Below are positions 32,976-44,820 of a stretch of DNA of 64,000 nt, piece after piece. The stretch is taken from assembly GCA_027078415.1 (NCBI GenBank), contig JALWYX010000012.1, forward strand, positions 13,161 to 77,160. The letters are read 5' to 3'. Source of the DNA: Thermoanaerobaculia bacterium (GTDB taxonomy: Bacteria > Acidobacteriota > Thermoanaerobaculia > JALWYX01). The notes beneath the pieces were generated by a model. The model had not been told where the DNA came from. It saw nothing but the letters and a program-made list of their open reading frames with translations, and ran no database searches. A program made the translations under genes and the position numbers. Position 1 is the stretch's first letter, and the number at the start of each line of letters is the position of its first letter.

Positions 32976-34033
32976 TGAAGATAGCTCTTATTTTTGGGGG
33001 AGAATCTGTAGAACATGAGGTTTCTATAAGGTCTGCACGTACAGTTTATAGGGCTCTTGTAGATGCAGGTTACCAAGTGATACCTTTTGCCGTTAATATT
33101 AAAGGAGAGTGGCTTGACGCACAAGATTCAAACGAGGCGTTACAACTTACTCGTATAAATAAAAGAGCACCTAAGACAAACGTTAAAAGGATTATATACG
33201 AAGAGATAGATGTGGCTTTCCCGCTTATACATGGTACCTCGGGAGAAGACGGAACTATACAGGGATTTTTAGAAATTGCTGGTATTCCTTACGTGGGTCC
33301 AGATTTTTCGGCTAGCTCTATAGCTTTTAACAAAGATACAACAAAAAGGTTACTCAATGAATCGGGAGTTAAAGTTGTTCCATGGGTTTCTTTTGATAAA
33401 TACCAACCGTTTTCAATCGATAAGGTAAGAGAGGTTTTAGGGTCCCAGAAGTATTTTTTTGTAAAACCCGCTACTAGTGGATCTAGCGTAGGTGTAAGAA
33501 AATGTTCAGAAGAGGATATTGCAAAAGCTGTAAAAGAAGCGTTACTTATAAGCGATAAGGTGTTGGTAGAGACAGCAGTTTCCGCGCGAGAGATAGAATG
33601 CAGCATTATGGGTTATCCTGAGGTTAGAGCGTCTCAACCTGGAGAAATTATTCCCGGTAGAGAATTTTACGATTATAGAGATAAATATATAGAGGAAAAG
33701 GCACAACTTAAGATTCCTGCACCGTTACCTCAATATATGGCCGATAAAATTAAAATGACCGCTATAAAAGCTGTAAAGGCTATAGGTGTTCACTCTATGG
33801 CTAGGGTAGATTTTTTGCTAACCGACGAGGAGATATACGTGAACGAAATCAATACTATACCTGGGTTTACTTCTATCTCTATGTATCCCAAACTGTGGGA
33901 GATTAGCGGAGTACCAATAAAGGAGCTTGTTTCTTCCCTTGTTAAGTACGCTGTGGCAAGCTTTGAAGATAGGAAAAAGTATAAAAAGGAGATAGAAAGA
34001 TGGATAGAAAAAGAGAAATCGCAATTGTTGTAG
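32975..34033 (+). CDS. ddl: D-alanine--D-alanine ligase
   Basis: 352 aa; ATP-grasp; N-terminal KIALIFGGESVEHEVSIRSA typical of Ddl. Confidence 0.9.
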   Translation: MKIALIFGGESVEHEVSIRSARTVYRALVDAGYQVIPFAVNIKGEWLDAQDSNEALQLTRINKRAPKTNVKRIIYEEIDVAFPLIHGTSGEDGTIQGFLEIAGIPYVGPDFSASSIAFNKDTTKRLLNESGVKVVPWVSFDKYQPFSIDKVREVLGSQKYFFVKPATSGSSVGVRKCSEEDIAKAVKEALLISDKVLVETAVSAREIECSIMGYPEVRASQPGEIIPGREFYDYRDKYIEEKAQLKIPAPLPQYMADKIKMTAIKAVKAIGVHSMARVDFLLTDEEIYVNEINTIPGFTSISMYPKLWEISGVPIKELVSSLVKYAVASFEDRKKYKKEIERWIEKEKSQLL

Positions 34034-35733
34034 TGTTATTTGCTGTTTTACCCGTTTTCCCCCTATCTAACGACACTCTACATCGAACCTTTGACAAGCT
34101 GTGGGAATTTGAACTTTCGGTAAACCCTCTTTTTGCCAGTAGAATAGGTTACAAAGAATTTGACGATAAACTGCCCGACCGCTCTATTGAAGCTATAGAT
34201 AGGATATTTAAGGTAAGAGAGGATTTTTACACCGAATTGTTGAAATTTCAAAAATTGGATTTAAAGTGGCAAGATAAAATTTCTCTTTTTATAGCTCTTA
34301 GATATTTAGACGCTCGTTTAGCCGAATACAAGTTTGGAGCCCATTTTATTCCTATAACCAGCAGGGGAGGTTTTCATGTAAGTTTTGCAGAGCTTCCTTT
34401 AAACTCGGTTTTTGAAACTAGAAGGGATTTAGAAAATTTCTTGAAAAGAATGGAAGCTTTTCCTAAATACGTAGATCAAAATATAAAGCTTATGGAGGAG
34501 GGATTAAAAAGGGGAATAACTTTACCTAAAACAGTTTTGCAGGGGTATGAGGAATCGATAAGTTATCATCTGGATAAAAAACCTGAAGAAACTGTGTTCT
34601 TTAAGCCGTTTAAAAAGTTTAACGACGAGCAGTTGAACAGACGTGCTATAGAGGTTATAAAAGGTAAAGTTATTCCGTCTTATCGGAGGTTTTACAAGTT
34701 TTTTGTCGAAAAGTATTACCCATCTTGCCGTTCTTCTGTAGGTGTATCTGCTTTACCAGGAGGTAAAGATTTCTATCTTAATAGAATCAAGTATTTTACT
34801 ACTTTAGATATTTCTCCTGAAGATATTCACAAAATAGGGATGGAAGAGGTTGAGAAGCTAAAGAAGCAGATGTCGTTTTTAGCTAAGGAGCTTACAGGTA
34901 AGGATCTAAAAGGGTTTATACAATTTCTCCGGGATAATGATAAGTTTTATCCTAAAACTCCACGTGAGCTTTTGGAGAAGGCATCTTTTTATTCCAAAAG
35001 GATAGATGGTAGACTTCCAGAACTTTTTGAGTTGTTACCTAGAATGCCGTATGGAATAAAGGAGATTCCTCTTTTTATAGCTCCTAAGACTACAGTGGCT
35101 TATTATATGCCTCCTTCTGGTGATGGGAAAAGAGGAGGGTTCTACTACCTTAATACCTACGATTTGCGTAGTAGACCTTTATATAATCTTGAGGCTTTGA
35201 CTTATCATGAGGCTGTACCTGGTCACCATTTGCAGATAGCTTTGCAGCAGGAGCTTAAAGGTCTTCCTAAGTTTAGAAGGTTTTGGGGTGTAGGTGCTTT
35301 TGTTGAAGGATGGGCACTGTATGCCGAGGGTTTGGGTAAGATGTTAGGTTTTTACGAAGATCCTTATTCTGAGTTTGGTAGATTAACTTTTTCTATATGG
35401 AGAGCAGCTAGATTGGTTGTGGATACAGGTATTCACTATATGGGTTGGAGTAGACAGAAGGCTATAAAGTTTATGGAGGAAAATACAGCGTTAGCTAAAA
35501 AAGATATAATAAACGAAGTTGATAGATATATCTCGTGGCCTGGTCAAGCTTTGGGATATAAGATTGGAGAGATCTATATAAAGAAACTTAGAGATAGAGC
35601 AAAAGAGGAGTTGGGAGATAAATTTGATATACGCAGGTTTCACAAGGCTGTGTTAGAGGACGGTTCTCTGCCGCTTGAGCTTTTGAATAAAAAGATAGAT
35701 AGATGGATAGGTAAATTAAAAGAGGAGAGTTGA
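34000..35733 (+). CDS. DUF885-family protein (putative Zn-dependent peptidase-like)
   Basis: 577 aa; HEAVPGHHLQ motif typical of DUF885; 34-nt overlap with ddl so true start may be internal. Confidence 0.65.
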   Translation: MDRKREIAIVVVLFAVLPVFPLSNDTLHRTFDKLWEFELSVNPLFASRIGYKEFDDKLPDRSIEAIDRIFKVREDFYTELLKFQKLDLKWQDKISLFIALRYLDARLAEYKFGAHFIPITSRGGFHVSFAELPLNSVFETRRDLENFLKRMEAFPKYVDQNIKLMEEGLKRGITLPKTVLQGYEESISYHLDKKPEETVFFKPFKKFNDEQLNRRAIEVIKGKVIPSYRRFYKFFVEKYYPSCRSSVGVSALPGGKDFYLNRIKYFTTLDISPEDIHKIGMEEVEKLKKQMSFLAKELTGKDLKGFIQFLRDNDKFYPKTPRELLEKASFYSKRIDGRLPELFELLPRMPYGIKEIPLFIAPKTTVAYYMPPSGDGKRGGFYYLNTYDLRSRPLYNLEALTYHEAVPGHHLQIALQQELKGLPKFRRFWGVGAFVEGWALYAEGLGKMLGFYEDPYSEFGRLTFSIWRAARLVVDTGIHYMGWSRQKAIKFMEENTALAKKDIINEVDRYISWPGQALGYKIGEIYIKKLRDRAKEELGDKFDIRRFHKAVLEDGSLPLELLNKKIDRWIGKLKEES

Positions 35734-35745
35734 CTCTATATATTG

Positions 35746-35779
35746 TTGCAAACTTGTGTAAAAATAGCTAATATATAAT
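35746..35779 (+). promoter_or_regulatory. candidate sigma70-type promoter for the tRNA-tuf operon (TTGCAA-17 nt-TAATAT)
   Basis: Hexamers read directly ~25 nt upstream of tRNA-Thr start. Confidence 0.35.
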
Positions 35780-35799
35780 ATGGTATTTGAGCTATGAGA

Positions 35800-35874
<75 letters not shown>

Positions 35875-35893
35875 GGTTGGGGTTGAGAAAGTT

Positions 35894-35979
35894 GGAGGCG
35901 TGCCCGAGTGGACAAAGGGAGCAGGCTGTAAACCTGCCGGCGTAAGCCTACGGTGGTTCGAATCCATCCGCCTCCACCA
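35894..35979 (+). tRNA. tRNA-Tyr (anticodon GTA), long variable arm
   Basis: GGAGGCG acceptor, loop CT-GTA-AA, 14-nt variable arm, TTCGAAT, CCA. Confidence 0.9.
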
Positions 35980-35982
35980 AGT

Positions 35983-36057
35983 GCGGGAGTAACTCAGTGG
36001 TAGAGTGTCAGCCTTCCAAGCTGATGGTCGCGGGTTCGAATCCCGTCTCCCGCTCCA
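35983..36057 (+). tRNA. tRNA-Gly (anticodon TCC)
   Basis: GCGGGAG acceptor, loop CT-TCC-AA, TTCGAAT, CCA. Confidence 0.9.
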
Positions 36058-36107
36058 GATGTTTTATGTTTGCGTAAGAGAGGATAGTGTGCTATACTCT
36101 CGATCAG

Positions 36108-36182
36108 GCCCACGTGGCTCAGGGGTAGAGCACTTCCTTGGTAAGGAAGGGGTCACCGGTTCGAATCCGGTCGTGGGCTCCA
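36108..36182 (+). tRNA. tRNA-Thr (anticodon GGT)
   Basis: GCCCACG acceptor, loop TT-GGT-AA, TTCGAAT, CCA. Confidence 0.9.
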
Positions 36183-36227
36183 AGGTTTTTAGGAGAGAAA
36201 ACTTTTAGTTAAGGGGGTAAGGAAAGG

Positions 36228-37421
36228 ATGTCTAAAAAGAAATTTGAACGCACCAAACCGCATGTTAACATAGGTACTATAGGTCATGTAGATCATGGGA
36301 AAACCACTTTGACTGCTGCTATAACTAGGGTGCTGGCTGAAAAGGGTTTAGCTGAGTTTGTTCCTTTTGATGCTATAGACAAGGCCCCTGAAGAGAGAGA
36401 GAGGGGTATTACTATTGCAACAGCGCATGTTGAGTATGAAACTGAAAAGAGGCATTACGCTCATGTGGATTGTCCGGGTCATGCTGACTATGTTAAGAAC
36501 ATGATAACTGGTGCTGCTCAGATGGATGGAGCAATACTTGTTGTTTCGGCTGTTGATGGTCCTATGCCTCAAACAAGGGAGCACATATTGTTAGCACGTC
36601 AAGTGGATGTTCCGGCTATAGTGGTGTTTATAAATAAAGTTGATGCTGTTGATGAAGAGGATCAAGAGTTGATCGATTTAGTGGAGCTTGAAGTACGCGA
36701 TCTTTTAAACCAATACGATTTTCCAGGTGACGAGGTTCCGGTTATAAGAGGGTCTGCTCTAAAGGCTTTGGAAGATCCTTCAGGTCCCTGGGCCGAAAAT
36801 ATAATGGAGCTTATGAATGCTGTGGATGAGTATATTCCTCTTCCACCCCGTGATGTGGATAAAGATTTCCTTATGCCTATAGAGGATATTTTCTCTATTT
36901 CGGGACGAGGTACTGTTGTCACAGGCAGAGTTGAAAGAGGTAAGGTTAAAGTAGGTGACGAGGTGGAGATAGTAGGTTTGCGTCCTACAAAAAAGACTGT
37001 GGTAACAGGAATAGAGATGTTTAGAAAGATACTGGATGAGGGAGTTGCAGGAGATAATATAGGTGTTCTTCTAAGAGGTATAAGAAAAGATGAAGTTGAG
37101 AGAGGACAAGTTTTGGCCAAGCCTGGTTCTATTACTCCTCACACTAAATTTAAAGCAGAAGTGTATGTTCTTACAAAGGAAGAGGGAGGTAGGCATACTC
37201 CGTTTTTTAGTGGATATAGGCCCCAGTTTTATTTTAGGACTACTGATGTTACTGGGACAGTTAAGTTACCTGAAGGAGTAGAGATGGTGATGCCGGGAGA
37301 TAATGTTAATTTGGAGGTTGAACTTATAGCTCCTATCGCTATGGAACGTGGAGTTAGATTTGCTATTCGTGAAGGAGGAAGGACAGTAGGAGCTGGTACG
37401 GTAACTGAAGTTATTGAATAG
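36228..37421 (+). CDS. tuf: elongation factor Tu
   Basis: 397 aa; [22 protein letters not shown] motifs. Confidence 0.99.
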   Translation: MSKKKFERTKPHVNIGTIGHVDHGKTTLTAAITRVLAEKGLAEFVPFDAIDKAPEERERGITIATAHVEYETEKRHYAHVDCPGHADYVKNMITGAAQMDGAILVVSAVDGPMPQTREHILLARQVDVPAIVVFINKVDAVDEEDQELIDLVELEVRDLLNQYDFPGDEVPVIRGSALKALEDPSGPWAENIMELMNAVDEYIPLPPRDVDKDFLMPIEDIFSISGRGTVVTGRVERGKVKVGDEVEIVGLRPTKKTVVTGIEMFRKILDEGVAGDNIGVLLRGIRKDEVERGQVLAKPGSITPHTKFKAEVYVLTKEEGGRHTPFFSGYRPQFYFRTTDVTGTVKLPEGVEMVMPGDNVNLEVELIAPIAMERGVRFAIREGGRTVGAGTVTEVIE

Positions 37422-37496
37422 GGCAGTAGCTCAATTGGCCAGAGCACCGGTCTCCAAAACCGGCGGTTGGGGGTTCGAGTCCCTCCTGCCCTGCCA
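37420..37496 (+). tRNA. tRNA-Trp (anticodon CCA); 5' end overlaps tuf stop codon by 2 nt
   Basis: AGGGCAG/CTGCCCT acceptor, GCTC/GAGC, loop CT-CCA-AA, TTCGAGT, encoded CCA. Confidence 0.85.
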
Positions 37497-37514
37497 CCTT
37501 AAGAGGTTGGAGGA

Positions 37515-37757
37515 ATGGTTGATAAGTCAAAAAGGTCTATAAAAGATAGATGGAACTATTTTTTTAAAGATTTTCTTCCCGCTACTTTGGAGGAGTGGAA
37601 AAAAGCAACTAAGCCCAAAAAGGACGAGGTTGTATCTTTGACTATTTTGGTTATAATAGTATCATTTGGTTTTGCAGCCTTTTTATATGTGAGTGATATA
37701 GCTGTATTGGTAGTTCTAAAATGGATTAGAAATCTTGTGGGTTTAGCTTTTGGGTAG
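37515..37757 (+). CDS. secE: preprotein translocase subunit SecE
   Basis: 80 aa, single C-terminal TM helix, position between tRNA-Trp and nusG. Confidence 0.8.
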   Translation: MVDKSKRSIKDRWNYFFKDFLPATLEEWKKATKPKKDEVVSLTILVIIVSFGFAAFLYVSDIAVLVVLKWIRNLVGLAFG

Positions 37758-37759
37758 TT

Positions 37760-38305
37760 ATGGGTAAGGATAACGACTATAAATGGTATATAATACATAC
37801 TTACTCGGGACTAGAAGAAAAGGTACGTGACGCCATATTCCAACGTGCTGAGGCGATGGGACTTTCTGAATATTTCAAAGAGATAAAAATTCCATCTGAA
37901 ACTTATATAGAAGTAAGTGGAAAACAGAAGAAAGAAGTTAAACGTAAGTTGTTTCCTGGCTATGTACTTGTCAAGATGAAAATGACAAACGAGAGTTGGT
38001 TTGTAGTGCGAAGCACTCCCAGAGTTACTGGATTTGTAGGAAGCGGTAAAACTCCTATTCCCCTTAGAGAGGAAGAGGTTATACCTATCTTAGAAATGAG
38101 TAAACGTACTAAAGAGGCTCCTAAGGCAAAAGTTTTTTTCAAGCGTGGAGATCAGGTAAGAATTGTCTCGGGTCCCTTTGCTAGTTTTATTGGTGTAGTG
38201 GATGAAATAGATGAAGAAAGAGAAAAAGTTAAAGTATTGGTTACTATATTTGGACGTCAAACTCCGGTAGAGCTTAAATTTCATCAGGTAGAAGAGGAAA
38301 AGTAG
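37760..38305 (+). CDS. nusG: transcription termination/antitermination factor NusG
   Basis: 181 aa; NGN domain ([11 protein letters not shown]) and C-terminal KOW ([18 protein letters not shown]). Confidence 0.95.
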   Translation: MGKDNDYKWYIIHTYSGLEEKVRDAIFQRAEAMGLSEYFKEIKIPSETYIEVSGKQKKEVKRKLFPGYVLVKMKMTNESWFVVRSTPRVTGFVGSGKTPIPLREEEVIPILEMSKRTKEAPKAKVFFKRGDQVRIVSGPFASFIGVVDEIDEEREKVKVLVTIFGRQTPVELKFHQVEEEK

Positions 38306-38306
38306 T

Positions 38307-38750
38307 ATGGCTAAGAAAGGTGGAAAGAAAAAGGTAGAAAGGGAGATTAAGCTGGTTGTGCCAGCGGGGCAAGCTACTCCGCAACCCCCTGTAGGGGCTG
38401 CTTTGGGACAGGCTGGTGTCAATATTATGGAGTTTTGTAAGGCTTTTAACGATAGAACTAAAGATATGGAGAGGGGTGTACCTGTCTCTGTTTATATAAC
38501 CGTTTATTCCGACAGATCGTTCACTTTTGTTACAAAGGGTCCGGTTACTTCCTATTTAATCAAAAAATATGCAGGTATAGAGAAAGGGTCGAGTGAACCT
38601 AATAAGAACAAAGTTGGAAAGATAACAAAAAAGCAGTTAGAAGAAATAGCAAAAGTGAAATTGCCTTATTTGAATACCAACGAGTTAGAAAAGGCGATGA
38701 AAATAGTTGCTGGTACGGCACGTTCTATGGGTGTAGAAATAGTAGAGTAA
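38307..38750 (+). CDS. rplK: 50S ribosomal protein L11
   Basis: 147 aa; [30 protein letters not shown] signature. Confidence 0.97.
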   Translation: MAKKGGKKKVEREIKLVVPAGQATPQPPVGAALGQAGVNIMEFCKAFNDRTKDMERGVPVSVYITVYSDRSFTFVTKGPVTSYLIKKYAGIEKGSSEPNKNKVGKITKKQLEEIAKVKLPYLNTNELEKAMKIVAGTARSMGVEIVE

Positions 38751-38763
38751 GGAGTAGGTAACG

Positions 38764-39468
38764 GTGGGGAAAAGAGGTAAAAAATATTTGCAGGCTGTTC
38801 AGAAACTGTCTAAAAGACCTTATTTGTTAAAAGAAGCTATTGAAGCGATAAAGAAAGTTGCTTATGCCAATTTTGATGAAACGCTAGAGATAGCGATGAA
38901 GTTAGGTGTAAATCCTGTTTACGCTGATCAGATGGTGAGGGGTTCTGTGGTGTTGCCTCATGGTACTGGTAAGAGTAAAAAAGTGCTTGTTTTTGCAAAG
39001 GGTGAAAAGGTTAAGGAAGCTAAGGAAGCTGGAGCTGACTATGTAGGTGGTGAGGAGTTTGCAGATAAAATAGCAAAAGAAAACTGGCTTGATTTTGATG
39101 CTGTAGTAGCTACTCCTGATATGATGAGGATAGTAGGAAAATTGGGAAAGATACTTGGGCCTCGTGGCCTTATGCCTAACCCTAAAACTGGTACAGTTAC
39201 TTTTGAAGTGGCAAAAGCTGTAGATGAGATTAAAAAAGGTAAAGTGAATTTTAGGGTAGATAAGGCGGGAAATGTACACGCTCCTGTAGGAAAGCTCTCT
39301 TTTAGTGATGATAAGCTGGAGGAAAACGTTAGAACTTTTATAGATGCTGTTTTGAAGGCAAAGCCTTCAGGTGTTAAAGGAAGCTACGTTTTAAATGTAT
39401 CTCTAGCTTCTACTATGGGTCCTGGGGTTGAGATAGACAAGAGTGAAGTTAAGCAGTTAAGTGAATGA
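38764..39468 (+). CDS. rplA: 50S ribosomal protein L1
   Basis: 234 aa; L1 fold signature, operon position. Confidence 0.95.
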   Translation: MGKRGKKYLQAVQKLSKRPYLLKEAIEAIKKVAYANFDETLEIAMKLGVNPVYADQMVRGSVVLPHGTGKSKKVLVFAKGEKVKEAKEAGADYVGGEEFADKIAKENWLDFDAVVATPDMMRIVGKLGKILGPRGLMPNPKTGTVTFEVAKAVDEIKKGKVNFRVDKAGNVHAPVGKLSFSDDKLEENVRTFIDAVLKAKPSGVKGSYVLNVSLASTMGPGVEIDKSEVKQLSE

Positions 39469-39484
39469 TTGGGAGGAGATAGCC

Positions 39485-40015
39485 ATGCCTTTGACTAGAA
39501 AGAAAAAGCTAGAGGTGCTAGAGAGGTATAAAGAAACATTTGCAGATGCTAAGTACGCTGTACTTATAGATTATCAAGGTACTAACGTAGAAGATTTCAT
39601 GGAGTTCAGGGAAAAATTAGCAGAGCGAAAAAGTTCCTGTGTAGTTGTAAAGAACAATCTTGCAAAGATAGCTGTAGCTGACAAACCTCTCTCTAAAATT
39701 AAGGATAGTTTTAAGGGTCCTACAGCAGTTGTTTTTACTTTTGAAGATCCAGTTGGTATGGCTAAGGTGGTTGTGGATTATTCGAAAGATTTTGACTCTA
39801 TAAAGATTAAAAGTGGTGTTTTTGAAGATTCAGTATTAAGCGTTGAGGAAGTTGAAACTTTAGCTAAGATGCCTAGTAAAGAGGAGCTTATAGCTCAGTT
39901 GGTATATTTGTTAGGAAGTCCTATATCACGTTTTGTTAGAACTTTGGGTGCTATACCTAGAAATCTCGTTGTAGTTCTTAATCAAATAAAAGAAAAGAAA
40001 GAAAAAGGAGAGTAG
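39485..40015 (+). CDS. rplJ: 50S ribosomal protein L10 (start chosen at ATG with GGGAGGAG RBS rather than the overlapping upstream ATG)
   Basis: ~176 aa from MPLTRKKK; operon position before rplL. Confidence 0.85.
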   Translation: MPLTRKKKLEVLERYKETFADAKYAVLIDYQGTNVEDFMEFREKLAERKSSCVVVKNNLAKIAVADKPLSKIKDSFKGPTAVVFTFEDPVGMAKVVVDYSKDFDSIKIKSGVFEDSVLSVEEVETLAKMPSKEELIAQLVYLLGSPISRFVRTLGAIPRNLVVVLNQIKEKKEKGE

Positions 40016-40019
40016 AGTC

Positions 40020-40400
40020 ATGGGGATCAATGTAGAGGAGTTCATTAAACAGATAGATTCTATGACAGTTTTTGAGTTAAATGAACTTGTAAAAGCTCTA
40101 GAGGAGCATTATGGAGTATCAGCGGCAGCTGCTGCTGTAGCTGTTGCGGCTCCTGCTGCAGCTAGTGGTGAAGCTGCACAGGAAAAGACCGAATTTGATG
40201 TGGTGTTGACCGGTTTTGATGCAAAGGCTAAGATTAAAGTTATTAAGGCGGTGAGAGAGATAAGCGGTTTGGGCTTGAAAGAAGCTAAGGGGTTGGTTGA
40301 ATCGTTGCCTAAGGCTCTTAAAGAAGGTGTTTCCAAAGAAGAGGCTGAAGAAATAAAGAAAAAGTTAGAGGAAGCAGGGGCTCAAGTAGAAATAAAGTAG
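40020..40400 (+). CDS. rplL: 50S ribosomal protein L7/L12
   Basis: 126 aa; Ala-rich hinge [19 protein letters not shown] and conserved C-terminal domain. Confidence 0.97.
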   Translation: MGINVEEFIKQIDSMTVFELNELVKALEEHYGVSAAAAAVAVAAPAAASGEAAQEKTEFDVVLTGFDAKAKIKVIKAVREISGLGLKEAKGLVESLPKALKEGVSKEEAEEIKKKLEEAGAQVEIK

Positions 40401-40434
40401 TGTTATTTTGCTTTTTTAAAAATTAGTTTGAGTG

Positions 40435-40481
40435 CAGGTCTCCAACGTATAGGCGTTGGAGACCTGATATTATTTGCTTTT
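40435..40481 (+). terminator. rplL-rpoB intergenic attenuator/terminator hairpin (13-bp perfect stem caggtctccaacg/cgttggagacctg, loop tatagg) followed by T-rich tract
   Basis: Inverted repeat 40435-40447 / 40454-40466 then atattatttgctttt. Confidence 0.5.
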
Positions 40482-40492
40482 AGGAGGCTTCG

Positions 40493-43400
40493 ATGAAAAA
40501 AGATAAGAGGTTGGATTTCTCCAAAATAAAAGTTGATCTCCCTATTCCGGATTTGATAGAAGTGCAGAAAAACTCCTACGAGCGTTTCTTGCAAATGAAC
40601 CTTTTACCTGAAGAAAGAGAAAATTACGGATTACAAGGTGTCTTTAGAAGTGTGTTTCCTTTTGTGGATTATAGGGAAATAGTATCGCTCGATTTTGTTA
40701 AATATACTATAGGAAACTGGAGATGTAAATGTGGTCATTTAAAGGGGTTGGAGTATCTTCGAATAAAGTGTGAAAGTTGCGGTGCCCCTGTTATGACAGC
40801 TCATCCACACGAAGAGTACGTTACGTGCAAAAAGTGTGGTTACGAGAATGAAAATAAAGTAATTAGATGTGATATTTGCGGTGGCCCTGTTGAACTTCAG
40901 CATCAATACACTATCCAAGAATGTAAAGAGAGAGGACTTACATATTCTGTACCTTTGAAGGTCACTTTTCGACTTACTATATACGATAAAAATCCTGTGT
41001 TAGGGAAGAAAGTTTTACGAGATGCAAGAGAAGAGGAAGTCTATTTTGGAGAAATCCCCCTTATAACTGATAAAGGGTCCTTTATAGTAAACGGTACAGA
41101 GAGAGTTATAGTAAGCCAATTGCATAGAAGTCCGGGGGTGTTTTTTACTGAAGATCGGCCACGTCACTACATAGCCAAGATAATACCGTACAAAGGTTCT
41201 TGGGTAGAGTTTGAGTACGATCTCAAGCACGTTTTGTATGTAAGGATAGATAGACGTAAAAGAATCTTAGGTACTGTATTTCTACGGGCGTTAGGATTTG
41301 ATAGTGATGAAGATATTCTAACCCGTTTTTACGCTGCTGTTCCTGTAGAAGTAATAGCTCCTGATAAGGTAAGATTGACGGTTACCCAGGATGTGGCTAA
41401 AAGAGAGCTTCTCAAAGAGAAGGTAGCTTATGAAAGGAAGCTCGAATATAAGATATTTGCCGACATTACGATTTCTGCGGATGAATTGGATAAGATTTGC
41501 GAAGGTCAGGAGAAGGCATTTGAAATCGATATATCTAAATTGAGCCATGCTAGATTTTTGCGTGATGTGGTAGATCTTGATACGGGAGAAGTGCTGTTTG
41601 AAGCTAATGAACCTGTACCTACTAATATGGAAAGTAGCATAAAAGATAGAAATATAACCCCTATTGAAGTATTTTTCCCTCAATGGGACGTTGTTGGTGA
41701 TGTTATCTCTAACACTTTAATAAAGGATAATACGTCATCTACTGAGGAAGCTTTATTGGAGATATATACTCGCATGCGTCCCGGCGATATACCTACCTTG
41801 GAGAGTGCTCGTAATCTTTTCAACTCTATGTTTTTTGATCCTAAAAAGTACGATTTTTCAGAAGTGGGGCGGTTTAAATTTAACGTAAAGTTCGATCTTT
41901 CAACTCCTCTTACTAAAAAAACATTATCGCCTGAAGATTTTTGTCTTGTTATAGAGTATTTGTTACGTTTGCACCGTAATATAGGCCAGCTTGACGATAT
42001 AGATAACTTAGCAAACAGGCGTGTAAGGTCTGTTGGAGAGTTGTTGGAAAATCAGTTTTTAATAGGTTTAGCTCGTATGGAGCGTGTTGTTCGTGAGAGA
42101 ATGAGTGTCCATCAAGATCTTGAGGGGGCTATGCCACACGATATAGTGAATTCTAAACAGATAATGGCATCTATAAAGGAATTTTTTGGCACATTCCAGT
42201 TATCGCAATTTATGGATCAGGTTAATCCTTTAGCCGAGATTACTCATAAAAGAAGACTCTCAGCTCTCGGTCCTGGAGGACTTACTAGAGAGAGAGCAGG
42301 GTTTGAAGTAAGAGACGTACACGTTTCACACTATGGGAGAATTTGTCCTATAGAAACTCCCGAAGGTGCTAATATAGGGCTGATATCCTCTTTAGCTACT
42401 TATGCAAGAATTAATAAGTATGGTTTTATAGAAAGTCCATACAAAAAAGTAGAAAATGGAAGAGTAATAGATCATTTTAAAATCACTAAGGTTGGTGATA
42501 GTAATTTTTCTCTTGGAGATATAGTGACAAAAGAGGAGTTAGAGAAAGAGATAAATAGGCTGAAGAGAAAGAAGAACGCTGTACTTCCTGAAGCGGTTTC
42601 CTACGCCTTCTATTTAACTGCCTGGGAAGAGACCAAGTACGTTATAGCGCAGGCTACTTCTCGTGTTGATAAAAAAGGAAGGTTGTTGGACAAGAGGGTT
42701 ATAGCGAGAACCGGTGGAGAGTTTGTTATAGTTGATAGAGAGAAGGTAGACTACATAGATGTATCTCCTAAACAGATTTTTTCGGTAGCGGCTTCCCTTA
42801 TTCCTTTTTTGGAACACGACGATGCGAATAGGGCGCTTATGGGATCTAACATGCAGAGACAAGCTGTGCCTCTTATTCAAACAGAGGCTCCTATAGTGGG
42901 TACTGGTATGGAAGAGGTAGTGGCTAAAGATTCTGGAGCTGTGGTTGTATGTCAGCGTAGCGGTATAGTTGAATCAGCAGATGCTAATAGAATTATCGTA
43001 AGGGTCACAGGTGAGGAAGGAGAAGAGGTTAAGGAGTTTGGTGCGGATATTTACCAACTTACCAAATTTCAACGTTCGAATCAAAATACGTGCGTGAACC
43101 AGCGTCCTATAGTACGTGAAGGTGATAGAGTTAAGAGAGGACAAGTTTTAGCCGATGGTCCTGCTACTGCCGACGGAGAGTTGGCTTTAGGAAGGAATGT
43201 GCTTGTAGCTTTTATGCCTTGGAGGGGTTATAACTTTGAAGACGCTATACTTATATCTGAAAAGTTGGTTAAAGAAGATGTGTACACATCTATCCATATA
43301 GAGGAGTTTGAGATAGAAGCTCGCGATACAAAGCTTGGACCTGAAGAGATCACCCGTGATATTCCCAACGTCTCTGAAAACGCTTTGCGTAACCTTGATG

Positions 43401-44809
43401 AAAGTGGGATAGTTAGGATAGGGGCACGGGTAAAATCTGGAGATATTCTGGTTGGTAAAGTTACTCCTAAAGGCGAAACTCAGATGTCTCCTGAAGAAAA
43501 ACTGTTAAGAGCTATTTTTGGAGAAAAAGCGGCAGATGTTAGAGACGCTAGCCTTAGGGTCCCTCCAGGAGTAGAGGGAATTGTTATAAATGTAAAGGTT
43601 TTTTCGCGTAAAGGTGTTAAGAAAGATTCTAGGCAGTTGCAGATAGAAGAAGATGTTGTAGAAAGGTTAAGGAAGAATTTAAAAGATCAGGAAAGGATAT
43701 TAATAGATGAACGTAACAATAAGATAAATAAACTGCTGATAGGTAAAAAATTAAGTAAAGATCTTTTTAGTAGAGAAGGTGTTATTATAAAAGAAAAAGG
43801 AGATGAGATAGATGAGGACCTTCTTAAGCAGTTAACACGTCAAGAGATAATTGCTTTGCCTTTGGAGAATAAGGAACTTAACAAGCTGGTAAAGAGCCTA
43901 TACCAAAGAACCGATAGGTATATAAAAGTTTTGCGTGATCTTCTTAAAAAGAAGGTGGATCTGCTTCAAGCGGGCGATGATCTTCCTCCAGGTGTTAACA
44001 AATTGGTTAAGGTTTATGTTGCCATGAAGCGTAAGCTACAAGTAGGCGACAAGATGGCTGGCCGGCACGGTAATAAGGGTGTTATTTCTAGGGTTTTGCC
44101 TGAAGAAGATATGCCGTTTCTGCCAGACGGTACTCCTATAGATATAGTTTTGAATCCTTTAGGAGTTCCTAGCAGAATGAACGTTGGCCAAATTTTCGAG
44201 ACTCACTTAGGGTGGGCTGGTAAGGTGCTCGGTCTAAAGTTTGCCTCTCCAGTGTTTGACGGTGTGAAAAAAGAGGATATAGTAGATTTTCTCCAGAAAG
44301 CTGGTTTGCCTAAAGATGGTAAAACTGTGCTTTACGACGGTATTACAGGTGAGCCGTTTGAACAGAAAGTTACTGTAGGTTATTTATATATGATGAAACT
44401 TAATCATCTTGTGGATGACAAGATACATGCACGTTCGATAGGTCCTTATTCCCTTATTACTCAGCAACCTCTCGGGGGGAAGGCTCAGTTTGGAGGTCAA
44501 CGGTTTGGTGAAATGGAGGTATGGGCTCTCGAAGGGTATGGTGCAGCGTATACATTACAAGAGTTACTTACTGTTAAAAGTGATGATGTTGAAGGGCGTA
44601 GCAAAATTTATGAAGCTATAGTTAGAGGGGAAGTTCCTCCCGAACCAGGTTTGCCAGAATCTTTTAACGTTTTGATGCGCGAGATGCAAGGATTATGTTT
44701 AGATGTAGAGCTCTTGAAACTGAAAGAAGGAGAAAATGAACAGGAATCTGCAACTGATGAGGTGTTGGAAGGTATCGATCGATCGGAAAAAGTTCAGAAA
44801 GAAGAATAG
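40493..44809 (+). CDS. rpoB: DNA-directed RNA polymerase subunit beta, with an N-terminal ~60-aa insertion carrying four CxxC pairs
   Basis: 1438 aa; canonical beta motifs throughout; extra segment NWRCKCGH...CESCG...CKKCG...CDICGG between conserved YTIG and [14 protein letters not shown]. Confidence 0.98.
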   Translation: MKKDKRLDFSKIKVDLPIPDLIEVQKNSYERFLQMNLLPEERENYGLQGVFRSVFPFVDYREIVSLDFVKYTIGNWRCKCGHLKGLEYLRIKCESCGAPVMTAHPHEEYVTCKKCGYENENKVIRCDICGGPVELQHQYTIQECKERGLTYSVPLKVTFRLTIYDKNPVLGKKVLRDAREEEVYFGEIPLITDKGSFIVNGTERVIVSQLHRSPGVFFTEDRPRHYIAKIIPYKGSWVEFEYDLKHVLYVRIDRRKRILGTVFLRALGFDSDEDILTRFYAAVPVEVIAPDKVRLTVTQDVAKRELLKEKVAYERKLEYKIFADITISADELDKICEGQEKAFEIDISKLSHARFLRDVVDLDTGEVLFEANEPVPTNMESSIKDRNITPIEVFFPQWDVVGDVISNTLIKDNTSSTEEALLEIYTRMRPGDIPTLESARNLFNSMFFDPKKYDFSEVGRFKFNVKFDLSTPLTKKTLSPEDFCLVIEYLLRLHRNIGQLDDIDNLANRRVRSVGELLENQFLIGLARMERVVRERMSVHQDLEGAMPHDIVNSKQIMASIKEFFGTFQLSQFMDQVNPLAEITHKRRLSALGPGGLTRERAGFEVRDVHVSHYGRICPIETPEGANIGLISSLATYARINKYGFIESPYKKVENGRVIDHFKITKVGDSNFSLGDIVTKEELEKEINRLKRKKNAVLPEAVSYAFYLTAWEETKYVIAQATSRVDKKGRLLDKRVIARTGGEFVIVDREKVDYIDVSPKQIFSVAASLIPFLEHDDANRALMGSNMQRQAVPLIQTEAPIVGTGMEEVVAKDSGAVVVCQRSGIVESADANRIIVRVTGEEGEEVKEFGADIYQLTKFQRSNQNTCVNQRPIVREGDRVKRGQVLADGPATADGELALGRNVLVAFMPWRGYNFEDAILISEKLVKEDVYTSIHIEEFEIEARDTKLGPEEITRDIPNVSENALRNLDESGIVRIGARVKSGDILVGKVTPKGETQMSPEEKLLRAIFGEKAADVRDASLRVPPGVEGIVINVKVFSRKGVKKDSRQLQIEEDVVERLRKNLKDQERILIDERNNKINKLLIGKKLSKDLFSREGVIIKEKGDEIDEDLLKQLTRQEIIALPLENKELNKLVKSLYQRTDRYIKVLRDLLKKKVDLLQAGDDLPPGVNKLVKVYVAMKRKLQVGDKMAGRHGNKGVISRVLPEEDMPFLPDGTPIDIVLNPLGVPSRMNVGQIFETHLGWAGKVLGLKFASPVFDGVKKEDIVDFLQKAGLPKDGKTVLYDGITGEPFEQKVTVGYLYMMKLNHLVDDKIHARSIGPYSLITQQPLGGKAQFGGQRFGEMEVWALEGYGAAYTLQELLTVKSDDVEGRSKIYEAIVRGEVPPEPGLPESFNVLMREMQGLCLDVELLKLKEGENEQESATDEVLEGIDRSEKVQKEE

Positions 44810-44820
44810 GAGGTGTAACG

